Below are positions 51,301-64,000 of a DNA stretch of 64,000 nucleotides, in pieces (position 1 is the first letter of the stretch; each line of letters opens with the position of its first letter). Source of the DNA: Paragordius varius. Lineage: Eukaryota > Animalia > Nematomorpha. The DNA is taken from the NCBI GenBank assembly GCA_964247055.1, contig OZ176055.1:3720001-3784000 (forward strand), read 5' to 3'. The notes beneath the pieces were generated by a model that saw only the letters and a program-made list of their open reading frames with translations, was not told the DNA's origin and searched no databases. The position numbers and the translations under genes are program-made.

Positions 51301-51811
51301 AAGGAATGCAATGCCCTTTAATATTTTTTGAAGATTATTTAACTAATCGATTCGTTCTTAATTTTAATTGAATAGCAATTGATATGCCGCCATCTTTGAC
51401 TTACTTACATTTACTTTTATATCTCTGTTCTGTAATATTCGCATTCAAAATATTATTATTTGATCATATTCATTTTTTTAATAATATTATATTCAAATTT
51501 TTTCTAATAAGTTTACCTTTATTTTAATTCAAAACATCAATTTCAATTTTGGTTAAAACCTTTAAATGTAAAAACATACAATATACACTTTTAATGATAT
51601 CGCCAAAAATTTTAATATAATTAATAAATATAGTAAATAAAACATATTTTAATTCCGGTTATATTTAACAAATATTAAAAATTTAACAATAAAAATTTTA
51701 AGATTAAATATATTAAATCTCACAGATAATTTTACCTGCCCATAATCGATCCAAATCAACCAAACAGATAATTCCAATGATTTTTAATATGTCAGAAAAA
51801 TTCAATGTCAT
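45381..51811 (-). CDS. ADAMTS-like secreted M12B metalloprotease, paralog 2 (15 exons)
   Basis: Signal exon 51811-51736 (MTLNFSDILKIIGIICLV). Exons 51188-50952, 50615-49966 and 49895-49697 (furin site RKKR). HEMGHT|LGSQHD..GIMD, PLDGTYC, TSP1 GNWGPWTSWTAC, last exon ..DGTPFNSTGVCFKGIIIT*. Same intron positions as paralog 1. Confidence 0.88.
45593..45663 (+). pseudogene. tRNA-like sequence (Glu-CTC-like pseudogene or SINE head) in the last intron of paralog 2
   Basis: 7-bp acceptor stem GCGTGGT/ACTACGC, A-box-like TGGTATAGTAAG, CTCTCAC loop, B-box-like TTCGAAC and a following T-run. The anticodon and T stems pair poorly. Confidence 0.45.
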
Positions 51812-53393
51812 TGCTCCACAAATATTAAAAAAAGCCTAAGAAATAGAGTAAATTTGGGGACAAATTTTATCTTGAAAATCGAAAAAAAAATGTAATAAAT
51901 TTTTTATGAGTGAAAACCACACTATATATAACATATAAATATAAACTCTTTTTATATTTATAAGAGCCCATTTATTTTACATTATATCCACCTTTGACCC
52001 AATCAATAAATACCAATTTAGGGCTAGAGCACATAAGTAAAACAACACAAAAATAGTATCAATTGCTCAATTTATTTGATTAGCTGTTTAAAATATTTTA
52101 TAAAATATTATCTCATAAAAATTTCATCACAATATATATATTTAATTAAAACGGAAAATATTTTTTGATACTTTTTAACCCACATAAACGCACACAGAAT
52201 GTTTCAAGGTAAACGCAGTTGTTCACACAATCGAAACATTTATTTTTAATTTTGTGATATATGTAATAAATTCTATTAATAAATTTAAATATATTTATTT
52301 GAAATATAATAATAATAATAATATTAATAATATTTTTAATATTTAATATTTGAAGGGTGGTGTTGCATACATTAAAACCGAGTTAAAGGCACTCAATAAG
52401 TATTTTTAGGTAGATCCATTCACCTGGTTAAAATGTATGATAGTTTTTGATTGATTTGAGCATGACAATTATCAATCTATCAAAATATGTAGTATATAAA
52501 TTTCCAAAATATACCATTTAGAGTCCCCCTTCGAACAATCCAAATTCTTACTCTAACAATTCAAATTTACCCTTGACCAATTATTGACCCTAAAAATAAA
52601 TTATGTGTTTTCGGGTTAATATTATCCATTATAAATATGAACATCTTTATGACATAGTTTATTATTTTGCAGTATTATTTTAATTTTAAACGAAATTTCA
52701 TTTTTATAGGTAATTACTTCATTACCTTTACATTTTTTTGTCCTAGTTTACATTATGGGGGTAGTTTTATATCCATGAGCTCGATTTTGTAAAATTATAG
52801 TTTACAAAGCTATTTTAGTTAAATTTAAATTTCTCATGCAAAAAGAGTTCATTTTTTTTATAGTGTGACTTCTAGAGCGTAAAATTAGAACAGCTCACAC
52901 GATTCAAACGAACAGCTGATATTAAAATAATAATATATCAAGTTTTGCTAGTAAAATGTAACCTGAAAGCCATTTAAAGTTAATTATTTTTTCCTAACCA
53001 TAATATACATTTAATGACTGTTGCATTAACGATTAAAACAAATTTATAGAAAAAATGGCGGCAAATTTTTCGTATAATGCGCCTAAAATACTAATGAACA
53101 TATTTTTAAATTTTGTTTCATACCTTGAATACTTTTTAAAATATTCAAAATTCAAATCGCTCTAGGGTATAAATCTATCCCAAAAGATAATGGAGTGTTA
53201 GATAAAAAACACAAAATTTATTTTAGGGTCAATGTGATATGCTCGCGGAAATCGAATTCAAGAATGAATTTAAGGTGTAAAGAGTATATTTAGTAAGAGC
53301 TCTCTTTTTCGCAATAATTTTTGGTTAAAAGTAACATATACTAAAATTTTAACAGTCATCGTTAAAGTTTTATTTATGTCCTTAAAAACTTAC

Positions 53394-56300
53394 TAAGGCA
53401 ATATTTGTTCGTATTGTCCTCCCTTCGCTGTTTTGTATGGGCCGGATGCCATTATCCATAAAGATAATTGGTTCTTCTTTAAGATTTCTTTTAAGCTTTC
53501 TCAGTGCCAGTAGCTAATATAATATCGTATTTGCTTGTATAATTACAAATAAATGATATTTGATAATAATTAAGAGGAAAATGATTGTACCGTATCTATA
53601 TATGCTCAATTTTTTGCAAACTTGTATCGATCAGAGATGGATTTATAAATTTGACTTAATATTAATGCTACTTTTTGATAAAATTTAGCAACATCTAAAA
53701 TTCTTGTACCCAGATTCTCGTGAATTAAAATGCAATGACAGTGTTGAAAACTGAATCAGAGGTGGAGAAACTTATTGAGTTTTTATGATATGTTATGATT
53801 TATTAAAAAATCTGCCAAACCAGATCAGAAACCCAGATATGAGATTGAAAACTAATACTTATCAATAAGGTTTGTGGTAAAATTGTTGACATATACATAT
53901 CAATTTAAGCATTGATGGCGCTTTCAACTATATAGATGTAGTAAAAATTCAATTAGTTTTAAGCACTTAATCTTAAATTTGAACCGTTATTTTTACACAA
54001 TTAAGATTGCGGCTTAAATTTTTTTATCAGTGGGGTTACTTTAATCAATTACAATGATGTTAAAAATAGATAAATGAATGAGAACTTTGATCAAAAACTA
54101 AAATATCAACAAGCTTATAGCTACTCAACATTATAATTTATAAAAAACTAAATGCGAGAATTTAATATTTAGTGGTATTTATAGGTAATGATTCATTAGA
54201 AAATTTAAAAGTAATTAATCTGACCATGTGTAAAAAGTATCTTTAAAAACTAAAAATATATGCTGAAACAAACAACTTTTAACGCAAAGGATTGTTAACA
54301 AACATTCATAGCTCAAGGTATGTTTATTCCAAAAAAGCGCTTTCTTCACCCAAATTTATTGCGGAATTTATAAAAAAAATAATGCTTAAAGTATATTATT
54401 GAACATTTCAAGTGTCATGAAATAATTTTTTTAAATCGTAAATACACAATGCAGAAAATCCGGTGAAGCTAGTGTTGCAGTCTTCCCATTAAAGATCAAT
54501 AAAATTATAAAATATAAGATTTACAATAGAATTAATATGCAAATTATTTGAATACCGAATATGTTGATATAATCATGGCTTTATTCAATATGATCCACAA
54601 TACATTTTCATCACAACTTGGGTATGGTAAAGAGCCGGAATAAGTGATGTATTCTTGTTTGGCAAAATTTAAAAATTCTATTAGATAGCGATCGGAATTG
54701 GCTACAAATGTTGAGTATCCTAAAATGATAAAGTAAAAATATAAGATCACTATTATGTATCTAATATGGACAATTATATCATTTTTTAACACCAATTCTC
54801 TTACAAACGAAATAATTAAAATTGAATACATATAACCTTTGTATTCAAACAAGGGTAAATGATCAATGAGATTGAGCAAGAAATCATTTGTTGAATCGCC
54901 TAGCTATGAAATGAACAAATTTTATATTTTAGGCATTCCATGTTTTTTAATTTCAAGTTTAATAAAAATATAACTTATGATGGCCTTGATATTATACTTT
55001 AAATAAAATAGAAATTATGGCCCATTTATGCATTAACAATTGAGAGTTATTTAGCCTGTCGTCTAATGATTCCATGTTTCTGCAGAATAACTGGAGCTGT
55101 AAAGAATATAAAAAACTAAGTAATATTATGTAAAATTATAAAAAAATTATATTTATGATTGGACTTCTCCAAAAAGGGAAGCCTCTTTGACTACTTATGA
55201 ATGCAGCTTATCATGGTATTAAGCAATATCATTACAATAAATGTAAAATTTATGTTGGTTATAACCCAAACAAATAAAAGTTAACCATTTAAATGTTTTA
55301 ATAATATAAAAATAACAATTAATGATTTGTCAAAATTATAACAAATTTTAGTTTTGTACCAATAATTTACATTAATTTTAATCACGTGATTAACATAAGC
55401 TTTAAGGCAGGGGTGTACAAAACGCGTCCTTCTGAAATTTTATGCGCGGCCCGCAAAAATTTTGAAATCCATAATTTGCAAAATATGCATAAAAAATCCT
55501 AATAAAATGAATATTTCTTAAGCAATTTTTTTAAATAATCTATTCGATTTACAGCTAAAAAATGCTATATTGTGTTTGTATTTTACAGTCTTATGTTAAA
55601 AAATCTAGTACTTTATTTTAAATGCCCATATATATTCCGACGGCCCGCGAAGCCGTTTGTGTTCGACACCCCTGCTTTAAGGTGTCGACTGGTAATTATT
55701 ATAAGGGGTCACATCACGGTTAGAAACGCATTAATGATCGTATCAAAACCAGTTAGACCAAATCTAAATATACCATTTAAAATTTGATATGAGGACGCTT
55801 ACCAATTAAATAACTGTGTCAAATTCAATATGCGATTACTATTGACAAAAGTTGTTTAATATCACTTTTATAGTTTCAGTTTTTCAAACATAACCATTTT
55901 TAACAGGTTTTAATATTATAGAGTAGTGAAATCAAAGTGTGGCCTTAAAAGTGCTTTTTATGGCCATAAATATAAATTTTTTAATACTTTTTTTTAAGTA
56001 TTATTTATGGTGAATGGCCCTTGTGACAAGAAAAATATTTTGGGGCCCTCCCTCTTAACTTATTTGGTGAGTATCACTGGTATTATGAACTATTGATCTG
56101 TAATTATCATTATATAATTACCTCTCCACTAAACGTTTCCCCATTAATTTGATGTTCTGATCCCAGTTGATCGTTTTGGCCAAAATGTATGATCCCGTGG
56201 GAAAAGGCAAATGGATATTGCGATGGACCGCTAATCATGAAAGGATGGCGTAGTGGTGACATCATAATTGTTTTATCAACAACAAAGTTAATATCATTTT

Positions 56301-57184
56301 TATTTATAATGTTTCGATTATTGTTATTACTGTTTAATAATATTGATAATGATGATTCTGTTCCATTTATACTTTGAGGATGAACATTAAAATCGTAATT
56401 ACGTTGATGATTGTTTTTGTTTGATGTCTCTTTGTGTGGTGACATTAATAAAACAATGTTGTGACCATCATTTTTTACCAACATTTGATGCTGTGTAAAA
56501 ATGTAAAAAAATATACAAGTCAAAATTTGGCCCCTCTCATATAGAAAATATTATTAGTAATTTTTAAATACTTTAATTTAGATCAGGGGTGTCCAACTCA
56601 AACGGCTTCGCGAGCCGCATTCGAAAATATGAATGCATTTATAAATATTTTGTTACATTTTAAACATTCAAAAAATATAACTGCTATTTATTCTATCCAA
56701 CTTTGGTTCGTTGCCAAAAAGTCTTATTTAGAACATTTGGTAATATATTTACAAATATTGTGTTAATATATTTCTAGAATTGGGAAATCTATTTTATTTG
56801 GTAATTTTCCAAAATTTTCGCGGTTGGAGAACCGCGTATTGGTCACCCCTAGTTTAGATCCACGATTAAATTAGATGTGACATTTTATGAATTTCAAGAG
56901 TACATAATATTTAAAAATTTGGAGCTAGTCGAAATTTTAGGTGTCACAATTTTTTGGTACATAGTTAAATGTATGAAAATTATAAAAAACTAGTCCGGAG
57001 GAATCGAAATCCAAGGATGAGAGATTTGGATCATATAAAAGTTTAGACGTGTTAATATTGATTGGTGATTGATATTTCCCTTGTTGGCAAGTAATCCAAT
57101 CTTGATTGAGTAAACCCCAATAATTTGGTCCTGATATACCGTCATATGTCCACCATTCTTCAGTATCGGAATATGCATATGAAA
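53394..57184 (-). CDS. Alpha-carbonic-anhydrase-related protein (CARP, CA10/CA11-like), partial model of 6 exons
   Basis: Exons 57184-56991 (WWTYDGISGPNYWGL..QSPINI), 56490-56122 (GIIHFG..GSEH..FSGE), 55096-54998 (LQLF), 54903-54837, 54719-54556 (YITYSGSLPYPSCDENVLWI) and 53513-53394 (NGIRPIQ..RTIRTNI). Phases are consistent. First and last exons not located. Confidence 0.85.
55408..55674. mobile_element. hAT MITE with perfect 8-bp TSD
   Basis: CTTTAAGG|CAGGGGTGT...ACACCCCTG|CTTTAAGG. Confidence 0.9.
56584..56851. mobile_element. hAT MITE
   Basis: ATTTAGAT|CAGGGGTGTCCA...TGGTCACCCCTA|GTTTAGAT (TSD 7/8). Confidence 0.8.
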
Positions 57185-58759
57185 CTAATATATATAATAT
57201 AAAATTGTCAAGGATTGAATAATCGTTAAAGTAAAGTAGTTCTGTTGGGTTTAACCTATGCGGAACTGATGCTTTTGTAAACCGAAATGTTTAAGATATT
57301 CATTACATTTTATAAATTACAATGGACATGTTTGTGATAATGTTGCATTTTAAGTATAATTAAATTATATCAGGAATAAATTTATTTTTAAATCTATGGT
57401 AGTTTTTCTTATTCTAATTTCATATGAGCATAAAAATACTATTAAACGATCTTTCGGTTCGATTGATCCATTTATAGCTTAAGCCGGTCTAAGCCGAAAA
57501 AACAGGTAATTTTGCAAACCGCAGTGTGCATTCACCCTATCTTGGAACTAACAACTCCATTAAACAGCAAATATCAATGACTTATATTTATATATACCTT
57601 TTGTTAAAATTAGAATGAGAATTGATATGAAACAAATATCCATCAAGGGTTAAATGTATTGTTGAATTGATTATGTAATAATGAAAATTGCATTGAATAT
57701 CCTTCCTCTGTTCATACGTTTTGCATTAATTTATTTGTGGATAAAAAAGTATTGAAATTTAAATTTGTAGAGAAAGGCATAATTGGTTCAGTACCAAAAA
57801 CATGACAAACATGACTTTCAACCAATTATTTTTTACAATATAATATGCACTATATATGATAAAGTATATTTGTAAATTAATTGAATTAGTCAAACAAAAT
57901 ATCCACAGAATAAAATAGTATTGCGATATCAGTACTGTTGAAAGTTTTTATTGTAGTTGCCATTCCATTTTTAATGTAAAATAAATAAATGTAAAAGTAG
58001 GCATTTTTATATTGATTCCAAACTTAAAAACTGGTAAATCTTGAATGCGAAATATATATTATTATTATTGTAATAAATCTTTTTTATCGCATATGTAAAT
58101 AATGCTTCCTTATGAGATGGAATATTTTCCCCACACTCATTGTCAATGGAGTGTCCAAAGAATTTAGTCGTTTGTTCGAAAACAAACAATTTGTTTCTTT
58201 GATCTTTTTTTGTTACTTTGCAAAAATATTGTGGATTTTCTTACAGTAGTTTCCTAAATGAATGTATATAATAACTTTTTGGTTTGGATATGTTGTAAAT
58301 TAATGTGATTTTTTAGTGTAAAATAAAAGAGATTAGATAACTAATACCTCAATAAAAAGTGATTTACCAAAACACTGCCTTATAATGCAAAATCAATAAA
58401 TTATCAGAAATAAACCAAAAGTGTTTTTTAATATATATGTTTAAAAATTAAAAATGTTTTAGCAACCATAGAAATGATAGAAGCCAAATTATCTTCCGAG
58501 GTAAATATTTATCCGGTTTTATAGCTGTCATATTTTAGCGAGGCCTTAAGCGCAATTCAGTAGTTTAGTTATATAATTGTCAATAAAATTGCATTATTTT
58601 ACTGACAAAAGCCAAAGTCTCACCATATAATGAATTATATATTTGGAACATTTGCCAAAAGACATCAATTTATAATTTTTTAACAGTTTATATACCAGGT
58701 GTAATCATATACCGGTTTTTGGTAAAAAAAGTGATATTGAAAGGCAATCATTTATTTAT

Positions 58760-59620
58760 TTAATTCAAAATATTGTTATCGGCTTCTACACATTTCGCCA
58801 TTCTCTTAGTTAATATATAAATGCCGCAGATGATTGTAACCATTCTTCAAGCCATTTTCCCATGTCTGGGAAATTTTTGCGAAAGTTTATCCTATTTGTG
58901 CGAAGTTGTATCAGATGGCTCCAGGTAGGGAGATTTCAGCAGAATTTCTCAGCTAAGCCATTTCAAATTGTTATTTTCTGATTTTGCTGTGTGAGACTTA
59001 ATATTGCCATAATCACTCTTCCATGCCTTCTGCCAAATTCGGGTCGTTTTTCAGTTTACAATGCCTTTTGAAGCCTAGTCTTGAAGCTATTTGGGTCTGG
59101 TGTGGAGGAATCGACTTGGTGAGAACGATTTTTTCCACCTTAAATTTACAAAATAAAGCCATTTCACGTCACCCGTCATTCGATGCGATCTTTTGTGAAG
59201 TCGAAGCAGGATTTCACAGTCATGCAATTTTCTATTTGGCGTTCATTTAAATTGTGTTAGACCGATATACCGTTGTTGTTCTGAATGCTCGTAGACATAT
59301 ATTTGTTTTTTTGTGATGCATGTAATGCTTCTGCTAATTGTTGTTATGTTTATGGTTACTCTCCAATAACTCATGCATTTTAGTGTCTTTGTAGTTAAAT
59401 AGTTTACTCCACCAGCAAATTATAACTTTCAGCAGAATTTTTATTTTGATGCTATTGCCCGCAAATGTTCTATTTCAGGCAGAAAATATAATATGATTAT
59501 TATATGATAAAATTAAGACGCTGGTTTTTGGCAAACTCAATCTGTGTGTGTTTAATCAATCAACAAAATGTCTGCTAATCGTCTGTGTACTTTTCACCGA
59601 CGTCGTAATAAATTATAATT
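58760..59620 (-). pseudogene. mariner transposase remnant
   Basis: LHKRSHRMTGDVKW (TGDEKW motif) and C-terminal KWLEEWL..REWRKCVEADN-like remnants. Confidence 0.65.
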
Positions 59621-60024
59621 AAACCTGGTACTATCTTTTGTTTATTATTTTGTATTTAATATTTTTAAAATGATAGTTTGAGTCTTATTATAACGTCTGA
59701 AATAGTCTGAGACGGTTAGATTAATATAGAAAAAAATCACACCAATGTTCTTTAAATCGATTCAATTTTTAGCAGCACCCTTTTTTGTATTTTAAAAAGT
59801 TTATTTAAAAATAATGATTTTATGTAAACAAAAATTAATTGATATTAACATACGTTAGTATACAAATGAAAAGTTTTCATCAAGGGCACGTTATCACACT
59901 TATGAAAAAAATTCCATATCCTTTTAGCCAAAACTCTCCCTTTAGTTCATCTATCTAAATGGGTAGTATATAAAAAAGCATCCTAAAAAGTTCTTATTTA
60001 TTAAAAAACAGATTGGTTCATGAC

Positions 60025-62330
60025 TAAGGTGCACTTTGTCCCGCGTCCCGCTACGTTTTTAAAATGTCCCGCTTTTTCACGATTATATAAAAAAAAATTT
60101 TTTAATACAAATATATCCGTTTAAATTTTTTATCATTAAATATCTTTAAAATCTATATAAATTTTAAATTAAAATTTTTTATTTTTATATTAAAAATATT
60201 TATTTTTTTCGAATTTATATCTTATGATTATACACTTTCCTTCCTACTACTCCTGTCATCATTCAAAAAGCTAAGTTAATACCACAAATCTCTAGATTAA
60301 AAGACAAATTGATACCACAAATCGGTACCTTACACGTTTATTCCAGAAAATTGAGGTAATATAATATTTATTATACTAATAATAGTTTATAAATATGAGC
60401 ACCAAAAGAGGTTGTAAATTCAACGATGAATTAATGAAAGAATTCCTTTTATCAAAAAAACGAAGAATGAATCATCTGTTAAATGTCTTATATGCGAGGG
60501 GGAATTCACCCTAGCACATGGCGGCAAGCATGATATTACAAAGCATATGGAAACACAGAAACATAAAAAATGTTTAGATAATGCGGCATCATCTTACAAA
60601 ATGAGCGATTTTTTTCGAAAAACCGCTTTTGGAGAGGAAGAAAAGAATATGGCACTAGCTGAGGGCGTGATATCTTTTCACGCCGTTAATCACAATCATT
60701 CCTTTAGATCTATGGACTGTACCTTACAGGATATTCGCACCTTATTCAATAAAAAATTTGCATGTGCCCGTACAAAAGCTGAAGCCATAGTCCCAATGTC
60801 CTTTCGCCACATGCATTTTCTCAAATACAAAAAGATTTGCTGAAAATTAATTTCTTATCCCTATACTCTGATGCATCAAATCACCATGAAACAAAATTAT
60901 TTCTCACTTTAATAAGATATTTTGATTCAGAAACCGGAGTAAAAATTAAAATTCTAGATTTAATTTCTCTACCCGGTGAAAATTCCGAAATAATATTTAT
61001 CTAGAAAAAAATAATTTAAACGACAAAATTATCGCATATTGCGCTGACAACATCAATACGAACATTGGTAGAAAAGCAAAGAGGGGAAGAAAAATATTTT
61101 TCATAAATTAACAGATAATCTTAATCAAAACATTATTGGCGTTGGGTGTGCAGCGCATATAATACACAACGCTATTCAAACAGCTACTGATTTGTTACCC
61201 CTAGATGTGGAAATTGTAGTTGTTAAAATAAATTCCTATTTTTATATACACACGGTACGTGTTGAAACGCTTAAAGAATTTTGTGTAAATGCAGAAGTTC
61301 AATATCAAAAATGCTTGGATATTGTAAAACTCGTTGGTTAGCTTTTATGTCAGCTATCGAAAGAATTTTAAAAATCTATGATCCTTTAAAATCTTTTTTT
61401 ATCACATGACAAATGTCCTACAACTTTAAATAAGTTTTTTTGAAAGTGATTATTCAAAAATATGGTTAGAATTTTTACATAATCAAGCTTATCTCTTTCA
61501 AAATGTTATAAAATTTATAGAAGGTGACATTTCGGCTATCGAAGTAGCCTATGAAGTTAGTAATCTAAAATTCCAATGTCAAGAACGGTTAGAAAATAAT
61601 TTTATACCATTAACCATCCGCAATATAATAAATAATTTAGAATGTTTTATACAAACTGTAAAGATTATTTGGAAGACCGGACGACGCAATTCGAGAAAAT
61701 TGATCATTTTCATTAGATAACATTAAAATCAGAATTTAATTGGTGCGATGTTCAAAAATAATTTAATTATATCTGCTCCCGAAAATTCTCAAAAAATAAT
61801 CTTTCAGAAAATGATTTTTTTTCTGAAGTATCATTAGTTAAAAGATATGTTAATAATGAAAAACTTAAATTATGGACAAAAGAAAAATATACAGTAGAAA
61901 AGAAATGGTTGTAAATATTTCATCATTTTGAAGCCAACTATATTACATACAATAATATTTTAGAAATGGGATTCGCACTATTTTACCTGGAACCAACGCT
62001 GCTACTGAGCGCGTTTTTTCCACAGTAAATCAGGTTTGGACATCGGAAATATCAAATTTAAATGTTGAAATTTTAAAGGCCGTTTTATCTGTAAAATATA
62101 ATTTGACAAATTCTTGTGAAGACTTCTACAATATTTAAAAAAATGATGACAATCTGCTAAAACGCATTCACTCAAACAAAATTATACCAAAGAATACAAT
62201 ATTTTCTTATATTTATAAAGTTTTTATGTTAAAAAATAAACAAATTACATAAAATATTGTATAAGTCTTCATAATTTGTCAAATCATATTTGAACACAAA
62301 ATGGCTTTTATTCAACATTTAAATTCCGTG
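60025..62330 (+). mobile_element. Degraded hAT transposon (BED-finger/transposase pseudogene)
   Basis: VKCLICEGEFTLAHGGKHDITKHMETQKH, FHAVNHNHSFRSMDC, GCAAHIIHNAIQTA and PGTNAATERVFS. Multiple frameshifts. Candidate left end TAAGGTG at 60025. Confidence 0.85.
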
Positions 62331-62334
62331 TCCT

Positions 62335-63217
62335 TACTTAATTTACTGTGGAAAAACGCGTTCAATAGCAGTGGTTCAGGTAAAGATAATGCAAATTCTA
62401 CAATTAAAATATTATTGTATGGAACATAATTTGTTTAAAAATGATTATTTTAACCATTTCTATCCTACGTATTTTTTTCTGTTGTCCATAATATAAGTTT
62501 TCATTCAATATATTAATTTAATAATGAGACTTCATCAAAAAGTGTCATTGTGCACCGTTTTGTCTTCCAAATAATCGTTTCTGTTTGTATAAAACATTTT
62601 TATATTCTGGTTATTCATTGAGCCTTGTTTTGGATGCTTTCTAATATTGCGATTAGGTAATGGTATAAAATTATTTTCTAACCTTTTTTGACTTGGAATT
62701 TTGACCTTTGTCCTGTGATAAAAAATAGGATTCCAGGAGATTACATTTTTAAAATATTTCATTGGCTGGCAAAAGAGCTAACCAACAGTTCTACAATATC
62801 CAAGCATTTTAACATCTATATTTTCCACATCCAGGGGTAACAAATCAGTAGCTGTTTGAATAGCGTTGTGTATCTGCCAATAATGTTTTGATTAAGATAA
62901 TTCGCTAAATTGTTAAAAATATTTTTTGTGCCGCTTCTTGCATCACCCAGCGCACTTTGTGATGATTTCGTCTTTATTATTTTTTTCTAGATTATTACAA
63001 TCACTTCACACTTTGTTCATGCACATGTAAATTTACTGAATAAGGTACAAACAACCTGTAAGGTACAGATTTTTTTATATTTATAATGTATTTGTGATAA
63101 AAATAAATAAATATTACAATAAATTTTTTGTATAAAAATTTTTGGTTGGACCCCCCAATGACCCTCCCCCTTCTCAGATTTGTCCTGCTTTTTCCTTCAA
63201 AAAATCTGGTCACCTTA
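62335..63217 (-). mobile_element. Second, internally deleted copy of the same hAT family, tail-to-tail with the first
   Basis: TIR TAAGGTGACCAGAT at 63217. Reverse complement matches 60990-61240, 61400-61640 and ~61975-62030. Confidence 0.8.
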
Positions 63218-64000
63218 TTCATGACCATCAATAAATTTAAAATAAAACTAATAAACATTTATATTGAACTGCTGAATAACCTTGATGGTTTTTTAACATA
63301 AACGTGTTTATATTGTATATTTAGGCTTCGGGAGAAATTTAAAAAATATATTAGACTTTATCATTTACAATTTAAATTATACTTAAAGAGGCAGAACAAG
63401 TAATTTAATGTTAATTTTAGTATCTAAATAACAAACATAATATATTAAAGTATTTAAAATTACCCAGATAGGAATAAATTGTTTTGAGCAACTAACTAGT
63501 TCGCCAATATAATAAAAGTATAGAAAAATATAAATAATAACACATTTTCTTACAAAACCTACATAGTGTCAACTCTGTAATGAAAAAAATATATCTCCAT
63601 TTACACACAGTTAGTAAGAAGTAAAAGATATAATATTGGATAAAAAATCAAATTAATATTCATTTCAAAAACTATATTTAACTCACCAATATATATAATA
63701 ATATTAATATCATTGGGAAATAGATAAGTTAGTCACTGAATTTTGAATTCAATTATATGTGGCGAAATCATGAGGCAGGCATGGTGTTGAACTGTTGTGG
63801 AGTAGGACATGATTTATAAATGTTTAGATTTTCTTTAGCATAAAAATAAAAAAAGTAACATGATAACACTCATTATCATTGAAATTAATAGATTTATTGT
63901 GATTTATTACCAGTTAAACCGTAATAAATAGCTTGATCCTACCCATATCAATTTGTTTCCATAAATTGACTTAAAAAATAATTTTTAAAATAAGCATTTG

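Overview
AT-rich, intron-containing animal (invertebrate-type) genomic DNA. The first ~25 kb is a nest of R2/NeSL/Utopia-like non-LTR retrotransposons with a restriction-like endonuclease (RLE). One copy is intact (5139-9243, single 1280-aa ORF) and splits a U1 snRNA gene: U1 nt 1-17 lie directly upstream (5122-5138) and the rest of U1 directly downstream (9244-9387). Seven further element-tail/U1 junctions, from several clearly diverged subfamilies, start at about the same U1 position (nt ~19-20; one is degenerate at the junction). This points to a U1-snRNA-specific retrotransposon lineage, a target I do not recall being described for non-LTR elements. No intact U1 gene is present in the window. 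The rest holds a Lys-rich two-exon ORF, two tandem 15-exon ADAMTS-like metalloprotease genes with long prodomains, a carbonic-anhydrase-related (CARP-like) gene, and many DNA-transposon remnants and MITEs (hAT, mariner, piggyBac-like, TA-TSD). Gene models and alignments were made by eye, so boundaries of degraded repeats are approximate.
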